From: Callorhinchus milii
Taxonomy: Eukaryota
Assembly: GCF_018977255.1 (NCBI RefSeq)
Contig: NW_024704742.1
Coordinates: forward strand, 682,001-746,000
DNA length: 64,000 nucleotides
Reading direction: 5' to 3'
How positions within the stretch are numbered: the first letter of the stretch is position 1; every line of letters starts with the position of its first letter. Of this stretch, positions 54,109-64,000 are shown piece by piece. A program made the translations under genes and the position numbers. A model generated the notes under the pieces. It had not been told where the DNA came from and did no database searches. It worked only from the letters and a program-made list of their open reading frames with translations.

Positions 54109-55479
54109 AATAGACTGGGTTACCTAATTGGAGCTTAACCAGCTGAAATCCTGTCGCACGACATTGCTTCTCCAACTAAGACCACCCTACCCGTTAGGGC
54201 TTTGGCTTGCGTGTTTAACAGAAGCCGAACAAGAAGAATCCCCCCCCACTCCCCCCAGCCTGTTGCCATCAAGGATCTGCTCGTCTCTGATCTCGGGGCC
54301 CTTGTGGTGGGTCCGTGATTGCGCTCTGTCTGGTCGGCTCTCGCCGTGTGCCTGAGAAGCCGTGCGGTCAATGGGGAGGGTGAAGCATCCGGTCAATCTT
54401 TTAACAGGTGAGAGCAAGTGAGCGAGCCCCGAAAATCAGGAACTCTCTATCTCAATCCCTCCGCCTCGCCCCCTCCCTCCGCACTTTCAAATCCCGCTTA
54501 AAGACCTTCCTTTTTGATGGGGCTTACGGTCACCTCCCCACTCCCTCTCCCCCTGGCTTGGGGCCAGACCCCGCCACTGTCAAGTGCTCCAGGAAGCTAC
54601 CCCCAGTGAAAGGCGCTATATAAGTGCAAGTTGTTGCTGATGTGCGCCAGGTGCATGTAATTGTGTAGGGGTGTGTGTTGGAGTCTGCCAGTGATTTTGT
54701 ATGTGTGAGTGTATGTAAAGGAGTCCGTGTGAGCGGTTGTGTATACGTGTGCGCGTGTGTATGTGCACATATACTTACATGTGATTGTGTGAGTGATGGT
54801 GCATGTGCGATTGAGTACGTGTGAGTGGTATGGTTATGTGAATGTGTGTCGGGAATGGGTGTATCAGGCAGTCGCTCTCAAGTTATGCAGAACCTGCAGT
54901 CTCCACATTGTATTATTTTGGTAACGTGGCCATTAACTTTGATTGTTTTGACTGTGTTTCAGACCAGTCCATGATCACTCTGGTCACTGGCGCTCAGGCT
55001 CCCCTTTTTGCTTTGCTGGGTAGTGGCTGGAGAGCCTGGCGAGCCAGGCAAATGGATCTGGTGGTCAGAGTGGTCAGCTGGTCTGTGGCATCACACTACA
55101 TGTAACATTTCAGCCTGTGCCGGGGCGGGGTGGGGGGAGGTTTAGATCAATACAGATTGTGCTCTGCCCTATAAGTGTGGTAAGATTTTAATGGCGGGAC
55201 TCAAGGGACACACACTTAAGTTGTCCGTTTCTGAGAATAGACACGGTTATTAGGGTTTACCCGCTGATAGGTGGCCTGTGATTGATGCACCACCGCTTCA
55301 GGCAAGGCTTCCGAAACGGTTCGGCTTTGGGGAAAGCGTCTCGAGCGAAACATGAACCTACCGTTCTTTGACTGACCTGCTGTGCATTTAGCGCTGTATT
55401 CTGGGTCCCAGGCACCCGTTGTAAAAACACAATCAGTATAACAGGAGACAGGGCTGCTCTTGTGTTTTCACTCGTGACA

Positions 55480-55866
55480 TCTCGCCCAAAAAAATATACA
55501 GTCAATCCGCTTTACAGTGTATTCTGTGAAGCTCTTTGAGACGTCTCAATGACATGATGAGGTGCTATATCAAAGTGAGTTGACTGGATGCTTTTTGTGG
55601 GCGAAACGCGGCAGCCAATTGCGCACAGCGGTGTCCCAAAAACAGTCGTGGATTGAAGTGACCGAATTATTATTATTTTTTTTGAAGAAATTATTACCCC
55701 TGGAAAAGCGATCCGCCAATACGACTAACAACCAGTTCCCTACTTACTGCTGGTAAACAGTGGTGTGTGGAGAAAGGAAACTTGCCCAACGTTTCGCTCT
55801 GCCCGGGAATCAAACCCAGGTCTCTTGCTTGCAAGACAAGCGCTCTAACCACTGAGCCGCAGGACC
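55480..55866 (-). mobile_element. SINE family A, head and body, with a + strand tail fragment adjoining its 3' part
   Basis: Minus strand gggtcctgcggctcagtggttagagcgcttg...gggtttgattcccgggc, followed by the body. Confidence 0.8.
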
Positions 55867-57046
55867 CGTTTTGTGAATGAATGTGAGATCAGGAGGCTTT
55901 AGAGCCGAGGAGATTGGAAAAATACATAGGAATCTTGACCGGAGGGGAGCAAGGTTGAGGCAAAGCGCAAAGTTTGGTGCTTGGTATTGGAAATATGTGA
56001 GTGTATTGGGGTGAGGGTGGGAGGGGAGAAGGGCACGACTCCGAAGTTTAAGACATTCTTGTGCTTCAAAGCTGTAAGTAGTCCAGTCTTTCATCTACTT
56101 TAAAAATACACTCTATTTGCGCCATGACAAATCCGTGCCTGTAGACAGATTACCTCAGGGGATACTCCTGAAACCTCTTGAGCTGCCTCGGAGCCTGGCA
56201 GCCTTCCCCTTTGCTTTCCCTTTTCCTTCCTTCCTCAATCCTTCACTAATAGCTCCCTTGTTCCTGAAGAACAAAACTAGCAGTTAGTGGTCATTCAGGG
56301 AGAATCATTAAAAACAGGAATCGAGTAATTGTAAACAGGCAATCCATGCTCTCTACCCCACGGCACAGCAATGTTGTGTTCTCTAACAGACACTAAGGAG
56401 TGAAGGAGGGGGGGGCAGATCGTTGTTGGCTTCTGATAAAATTGTGGGATTCTGGGGGCTCGAAGGCCAACAGTTTGGGTAGCTCTGGGAGACAGCCTGC
56501 TATTAATATAGAAAGGGGATTAGAGGAGGGGAGAATTGAGGTTAGCTGGCATTTTGTTTATGCCCTGCTCATAAATGAGGTTAAATATCCCCTCTTCATA
56601 AAGCGCCTACTGTCTGCCGTCTTTGCTTCCTGTTTTTTTTTTACGCACACACACAATGTTTCCCCTTCACTTACAAGTCGACATTTAGAAAAAACCTCAG
56701 GCCACAAAATTGCCAGATTTTTGCATTGTAAAATCTGCAGGGTTACTTCATTTCTGAAATTGGTTTTTAGTACATCAGGACAGGACATCCTGTGTTTTCT
56801 TTGCCTCTCTTGTTTTATACTGTATTTGGAAGACGAGTGTGCCATCCTGTTTGCCTTTACATTCCCCCCCCACCCCCCACCCCCCCGTCCCTTTCTGTCA
56901 GTTTTTTAAATACTTCATGGCTATTTGTGGGTATTGCTGTGTGCAAATTGGCTGCTACGTTCACATTAGAGTCATTCCTGTGAACTGATTTGAGACATTT
57001 ACAATGGTGTCATAAAGCGCTAAATCAAACACTATCATTACATACA

Positions 57047-57227
57047 CAGTAAAATTCCTGATAACTCAACCTTGGCTTAACTTGTCACTGCCACTTAAGT
57101 CACCAATGCGTTTAACATCCCGGCCACATGTACTTATGTATTTATACATATGCCTAACTCGCCACTCTGGATAATTCGTCACTGAGCCCTTTTTCCCTTG
57201 GAGTGATGAGTTATCAGGAGTTTACTG
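57047..57227. mobile_element. Tc1/mariner (Tigger/pogo-like) MITE
   Basis: Left TIR CAGTAAAATTCCTGATAACTC; right TIR reverse complement CAGTAAACTCCTGATAACTC. Right flank is TA; left flank is CA (a mutated TA target duplication is plausible). Confidence 0.75.
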
Positions 57228-57257
57228 TATATGTGTATGTGTGCATGTATCTTACTA

Positions 57258-57621
57258 GAGTCCTGTAGCTCAGTGGTTAGAGCACTCAAATCACAAGCGA
57301 GAGACCTGGGTTTGATTCCCGGCAGAGAGAAACACTGGGCAAGTTTCCTCACTCCGCGAGCCTCTGTTTATCCAGCAGTAAGTAGGAACCCGGTTATTTG
57401 TCGATTGGCAGATTGCTTTTCTGGGGGTAGTAATTCCTTCAAAAATAAAGTAATAGAAATAATTTGGTCACTTCAATCCGTGACTGTTTGTGGGATGCTG
57501 CTGTGCGCAATTGGCTGCCGCGTTCGCCCACAAATATACAGTCAATTCACTTTATAGTGTGTTCTGTGAAGAGCTTTGAGACGTCTCGAAGACGTGATAA
57601 GACGCTGCATCAAATGCAAGG
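57258..57621 (+). mobile_element. tRNA-derived SINE family A, full length
   Basis: gagtcctgtagctcagtggttagagc (A-box), gggtttgattccc (B-box), body, and tail gagacgtctcgaagacgtgataagacgctgcatcaaatgcaagg. Confidence 0.9.
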
Positions 57622-57738
57622 TATGTGTTTGTGCACGGGACATCCTCCCAACGTGAAAGGCACTCTATAAATGTAATTTGTTGTTGTTGTTGTTGTTGTT
57701 TGCTTGTATCTGTGTGTATGTGATATATTTGATATATA

Positions 57739-57924
57739 CATTCAAACCGGTTCAAGCAACCACCTCAATTCATCAACCACCCCCTCTTTAACCCTCCTGA
57801 CATAGCCCCTTCAGGCTGCGTTCACACACCAACAAAACCCTTACTCGGAAGCCACTCTTATATATATATATAAAGGCCACTTTGGCCCAATCCCCAGAGA
57901 GGTTGTTGAAGAGGGGTTCGACTG
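57739..57924. mobile_element. Second Tigger/pogo-like MITE (different family)
   Basis: TA|CATTCAAACC...GGTTCGACTG|TA: degenerate CAGTCRAACC-type TIRs with TA on both sides. Confidence 0.55.
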
Positions 57925-58701
57925 TACTGTGTAGTATAATATCTTATGTGAAGAGTTGAAGGACCGGGAGGGAGGGAGGAGGTAGAGCTGCTTCGTTTTT
58001 TTTCAACAATGGCATTAAAAGTGGGTTTGTGTACGGGTGTGTCTGTCTGCTGTCTGACCACTGGAGAATCGTCCCCGTGTCCAGCAGGCAGACAGCAGAG
58101 GCACCATGACAACAAATGCTTTTATTCCATTGCGGACTCAGGCACGAGTTTCCTCCCTGGCCTTAGTGAGGAGAGCGACTGCACGCTATACGGGGGATTC
58201 CCGGGAGAAGCCGTTTCCACCTCAGGCGCTGAATCCGGGGACTATGCAGCTCTGTCCGGCTGGAGTGCTTTTTAGACACCATTGTGGGGATGTCACAGCA
58301 GGGCCACAGGAAGGGCTTTTACTGCTCCTCCACAGTCGGCCTGGCTTTCGTGTCTTTTATACGACCTCCTGCTTCAGTGTGGCCCAACGGCTGTAAAGAA
58401 ATCAGCTGAAGTAGATTCCAGGGCGTTTCCTCAGACCACCGCAAACACCAGCATTTTGACAACCCGAAGCTATTCTAATTATTTACTAAGCGTTAAAGCC
58501 AAGGAAATCAGGGCAAGGTTTATTTCCACCGCTCCTAACTCAGGAACATGTTAAATTCTGTGGCAGGGCATTTGTGCAGGTAACCACTCAAACGAGATGG
58601 CTTTTGAGTCTGGACCTAATTTGTACGGTATCTGAATCTGGAAATCTGACGAAGGAACATATGGTAAAACAAGTGTTAGTTCTGCTTTTTGTGAATGGAT
58701 G

Positions 58702-58738
<37 letters not shown>

Positions 58739-61700
58739 AGTGGTTGGGGGGGTGGGTGGTGGGGTTCACTCACCAATTGCCTTATCCTCTCCTGAAAATT
58801 TGTTTCACTCATATTTTACTCTTGCTGAAGCTATAGTTCAGTTCCTTGGGAGCCCACAGCTACTTTGTCCAAGTGGCTCTTCATTTTTGAGTCTCTTAAG
58901 AGTGTGTATTGACAGGGTATTTTAAGAGGTAAAGGATTTAGCCCACAAAAAACACAGTCACTGCACTTTTGAGTACATCCTATGAAGTGTTTTGGGATGT
59001 CCTTTACAGTGGGATGTTGACAAAGTCTATGCTCCCATGACCCAGTCTTTGCCAGGCTCCACTGGCTACTTATTGCAGAATGGATCGATTTCAAGATCCT
59101 CAAACTCGCGTACAAATCATTTCATGCCTTAGCACCTCCTACCTCTCTGATCTGTTTAGGAAGCTTGTTCCTAAACAGCCTATTCCACCATTTAATTAGA
59201 TCAGGGCTGATCTGTACCTCAACTAATGCTTTCAATTCCAATTTCACGCTTTCAAACTTCATATGACGACTGAAGACCTTCCTCTTTGACCACCTCTCCT
59301 CTCTCCCCGGCTTGGCGTCCAGCTCCACCACTGTTAAGCACTCTGAGATGTTACCCCACGTGAAGGACGCTATATAAATGCAAGTTGTTGTTGTTGTTAT
59401 GCTCCCAACATGAAAGACTCTGTAGCAAATGTAAGGATTATTATCATTATGCAATTGTGGGGATCATTGGAGCTGAGCATCATTCAATTTCTAACGAACA
59501 CGTTTGTGCTTTCCAGGCAGGGAAAGGAACCCCAACCGTGAGATACCGAGGCCAATTATTGAGTGTCTATTCCCACCTCGGCTGAGTTCAGCAGAATCTC
59601 AGAATCCAAACCCCAGCCTTCTGATCCGCACATCGGGAAACACTAATGCGATGGCCAGTGGTTGAAGTTTGTCAGTGGGATAGTCCAATGGCACAGGAGT
59701 GACTGTGCACCCGTGCCATTGGTGAGAATTGGACCCACAGGGTCCGAGCTGGCTGACCTGAGATCGATTGCAACTAAACATGATGTCCAGGCTATTATGA
59801 ATACCTAAATTACTGCCAGTCTTTTATTACTCCTGCAGATGTGTCTCATTAACATTGATTTGTAATGAAGACTGAAGCCTCAGTGAAAGCCAAAGAGAAA
59901 TCTTTATTTTATTGAACTGGGTTGCAGGGAGCAGATTTTGTTCAACGATGCAACCAGATTTTGAAAGGTCTGCTGTGTAAACTGCTGGAAACCTTTCATA
60001 TAGAATTACATAGAATATTACAGCATAGAAACAGAGCATTCGGCCCAACTAGTCCATGCAGAGTTTTATACTCTTCTATTCCTAATTCCACCCCGCGCCC
60101 TCTTAACCCTCTATTCCCTTCTCCTTTGTGTATGCATGAAGGTACTAATAATAATCCTTGCGTTTGACATAGTGCCTTATTACGTCTTCGAGACGTCTCA
60201 AAGCGCTTCACAGAATATACTGTAAAGTGAATATTTTGTGGGCGAAACGTGGCAGCCAATTGCGCACAGCAGTGTCCCACAAACAGTCGTGGGTTAATGA
60301 TAATAATAATAATAATTATTAATAATTAATAATCCAATGATGAAGGCACTATGACATTAAACCACGATCCTGATTGCCTGTTCAGGTTAAAGGTGTCACT
60401 ATTCGAAAAGAGAAAGGTGTTTCTATTGGCATCCTGGCCAACTACCCTCTAAATACAATTGGTCACTCACTTCACTGCTGTTTGCGGGACATTGCTGTGT
60501 GCAAATTGGCTGCTGCTTTCCCCTAGAAATGCAATCACTACGCTTTACAGTAAATCCTGTGAAGTGCTCTGAGATGTCCTGCCGACGTAAAACGAGAACA
60601 ACAAATTGTATTTATTTGGAGCCGTTCGCATTGGGAGGTCGTCCCAAGGTACTCGTCTGTCAAGGATTTGTTTGCACCTGAGCTGTGGGTTGGAATCAAG
60701 AGGGCAAAGGGGGGGTGGGAGTGGATAACCAAAGCCACAGTCAAAGAGGAAAGGTGATGTATTGAATGCAAGGAGTATTATTTAAAGAGGCAGTGGAATG
60801 TGGGACCTGGCTTCTGCCCATATCAACTTGAAGAACAGTGTAGTGGAGAATCTGCCGGTGACATGTTTGGGTAATTTCTGATTAATCCTATCTGGTCCTT
60901 TAAAAATTTCTAAATTTAGTCCGCAAGTTAGGCCCCATTGACTTTTCCTTTCCACGTAGAGATTTTGTAGGAAATGTTTGCTGCACTCCCCAGTACATTT
61001 ATGTTCAAAGTCGTCACATAGCTTGACAGAATGTCCTTCTTAGTCATGCCTGCAGCACCCCGTCCATCCTCTCCACCTGTTGTCCACCTGGCTGGACATG
61101 TTTCTGGAATGGAGTTTGCACGCACTCCCTGGAAAGACGCACCGTGCTTATCTAATTCTGAAACGAATCTATGTCGGGATTGCTGGACTGGAGTTTTACA
61201 TAGCTAAAACTGTAAAGCTTAGCATTTTGAGCACTGTTGATTTATCCTCTCCTCTCCCTCCCTCGGAGGATAGTCACTAGACTTCTGACAAGCAGCACAG
61301 GCTTGATCCTCACTAGTTGGATGGCAGGTACATGAACCTCCTGGCGAGCACGATAAACACGAGAGCAATGCCACCATCCTCCTGAATACAGCTCGGACAC
61401 CAGGTGCTCAAGCTGCTGCTCAAGCTCTGAACACCAATCAAGGTGGACCCCAAGCCCCAGATAGATGAACATGTGCTCACGAACCCAGGCTCCAGCAGCT
61501 GTCACCCCGAGACTCAAGGGTATTCACATCAACTATTCGATGGATATCTGCCTTCAGCGTGGTGGGAGGATCTGTGCAATGGAGGTCATTGCTGGACTGG
61601 CTCAGATGGCAGGTGTGGATCTGATTCAGTGCGACACAGACCTGTGTGTGAGAACGTGCTGTCTGAGGAAGGCGAGGATGTTTTGTATCAGTGGAGAGAT

Positions 61701-61951
61701 GGTGCACAAAGAGCAAACTTCCCTTTCCTCTGCTCCATTAATCCTGATGTGATAGCGGCCCCTTCTTTCCTTTTATAAATACACTTTGGTTTCCCACGAT
61801 GGTTTAAATAAACCCCGGGGCTCTCAAATGACTACTTGCTTTTAGAAATATTTAATTTGTGTATAGGCAGAGCTGGAAGCTCGGTGTGTGCCAGGAACCC
61901 GTGCAGAGCACAGACTTCCAATGACCCCGCTCCTACCTTCCCCTCCTCGCG

Positions 61952-61967
61952 CACACCCACACACACA

Positions 61968-61999
<32 letters not shown>

Positions 62000-62168
62000 T
62001 GGACACACCACACACACAGACACACATGGACACACAACACACACAGACACGACACACACAGACACGACACACACACACACACAGACAGACACACCACGTG
62101 CACACACCCACACACACCACACGCACACACAGACACACACGCACAGACACGACACACACACATATACA
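61952..62168. repeat. Complex CA-rich microsatellite
   Basis: (CA)n with GACAC/GACACG variants. Confidence 0.95.
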
Positions 62169-64000
62169 CCCCAGACCAAGGATGGAGATAAGCAAGCGAT
62201 ATGCTGGCCTATGCTGTGCGGGTGCAGGCAGGGATCCAGAGGACTTTGGGATGAATTATTTGAGCTCGATATCTGGAAGCAACGTGCACAGGCTTTCATT
62301 GAAAAGCTTGCAATTAGCTGTTGAAATTAAGCCTCCTGGGTACAACATATCCTCTTGCTTCTCAAAGCACACATGCACCACTTCCTCTCGGCACACGTTT
62401 CAAAACCTGGCTTTATTATTTCCAGATTGAACTTTGCCGGATTTCTATTCTCTTATCTGTTCCCGTCTTGCGCTTCTTTTGAGGTTTGAGGCTGTTTTTT
62501 GATCCATCTGAATGTACAGTTCACAAAAATCACAGGAGGAGCCTGTCTGTAACATTGCCTTTGGGATTAATGAGGGCGAGGTCTGTTCTGTGAAAGGCTT
62601 TTGATACGAGCGTTGCATTAATGAGAAGACCATAAACAATCTGTGCTGTGTCGGAAGTGATAGATCAGGGTTTGTTCCAGGGAGGGGTGCATTAGAAATG
62701 AGAAGTGTTTTATAGGGGAGCCATAAACCATGTGTTACAGTGGAGATCGTGGGGATCAGAGAGGGGCTACTGTACATAGAGGGATCTTTAAATGCATCCT
62801 TTGTAATTTGCCTTTCAAACACATTTTACAAGGTCCTGGTGCAGACGAATGCTGGTGCTGATGGGGTGTTATAATCATAGCCATAAAGGCTGGAAAATAA
62901 GCAATTAAGTTGGAGGAGATGCTGCTCCCTTCTCCCTAAGCCTCTCTTTGTTCATACTGGTGCCTGCAGTCACTCCAGTACTCCTCTCCTTTTCCTCTCT
63001 GACTGCTGCTGAGATAAGAGTCTGAAGCCTCCAGCGAAGCACTGACACAAGCATTGCTCCCAGACCTCAGGCTCTGTAGAAGCATGCAGGGGATAATGCG
63101 AGACAGTTGCTTGAAGGACTGCAGTACTGGGGAAAGGGAAGGGAATTTCTCGCTCACAGTGTCCTGGCCAACAATCCCCCCCAAATAAAAATTGTGTCAC
63201 TGGCTCCACGACTGTTGGTGGGACGAGGCTGTGCGCAACTGGCTGCCGTGTTTCGCCCGCAAAATACCGTCAATCCACTTTACAGTACATCCTGTTTACG
63301 CTTTGTGATGTCTCAACAATGTGGTAGGGGTCTATATCAAATGCCAGTATTATTATAAGGTACCGAAAAGTATTATTATAAGGTACAGGCAACTAACCGT
63401 AACTTATTTAAGCCTTGTTTAATTGTGTATGGACCAAATAAGGGATATTCTGTTTTTTTATCCATTCGTGGAAATGGTGTCTCGAACAATCCGTGTGAAC
63501 GGAGCTTCGACGCTAGAAAAAATACCTGCTCAGGATGTAAGGTACGTCTCCTGAACAAAGCGTGTGGATTGGGGAGCACATGGGAGCTTGTCTCCGACCT
63601 TGGAGCCAAGCTCTAGCACATCAGCATGAAAGAAATATGGTTTAATGCAGGAGACAAATTTTACGTTCGAAGGTTCTTTTTCTTGTGGTTGCAGATTCCC
63701 CAATGAGAGGTCTTTCAGCCCCACTGGTTCCTCCAGCGAAACCACTATTTCTTTTTTTTAACTGAAGTCAAAGTTACTTTCAAACGTTTTGACAAGTTAA
63801 GTTAAGGACTTTGAGTCTTCACTTTGTGCGCATCCTAGTGTTGAAGTATCTGGGCTGCAAATGGTGTGCACCAGCAGATGTCTGAATACATAGAGAAACA
63901 GAGTTTTAATTCACGCTGTGGTTCTGTTTAAAGGTTGTTTCTATTCCCTCCTTCCTGTAACTGCTATTTGCATTTATATAATAATAATAATCATTCTTGC

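Noticed and set aside
57258..57325. tRNA gene
   Set aside because: A and B boxes are present, but it runs directly into the SINE body and is multi-copy; it is a SINE head.
58646..58680. Second hammerhead (CTGACGAAGG...)
   Set aside because: No stem II and no GAAA box.

Overview
Eukaryotic (vertebrate) genomic DNA, most likely a cartilaginous fish and probably a holocephalan; this is inferred from the repeat content (Deu-domain SINEs, L2/CR1 remnants, a shark-type Penelope fragment). The whole window appears to lie inside one + strand gene, AFG2A/SPATA5 (AAA+ ATPase, 60S ribosome maturation). Five internal coding exons (155, 210, 54, 80 and 127 bp; all AG/GT) encode the end of D1 and most of the D2 ATPase domain. 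I did not find the flanking exons, so 1-10105 and 36203-64000 are read as parts of long introns. The introns hold two tRNA-derived SINE families that share a 3' half, many L2 and CR1 3' fragments, an L1-clade RT remnant, Tigger-like and hAT-like MITEs, microsatellites, and several repeat-free, motif-rich blocks that look like conserved enhancers. The most notable observations are: a dispersed ~650-bp foldback (long inverted-arm) element family with at least 6 copies; a minimal hammerhead-ribozyme motif in a Penelope-like fragment; a mosaic SINE; a local inverted templated insertion; and a palindrome-rich candidate enhancer. I found no convincing new protein-coding system. Repeat boundaries are approximate (read by eye) and family names come from recalled consensus features, not database searches.
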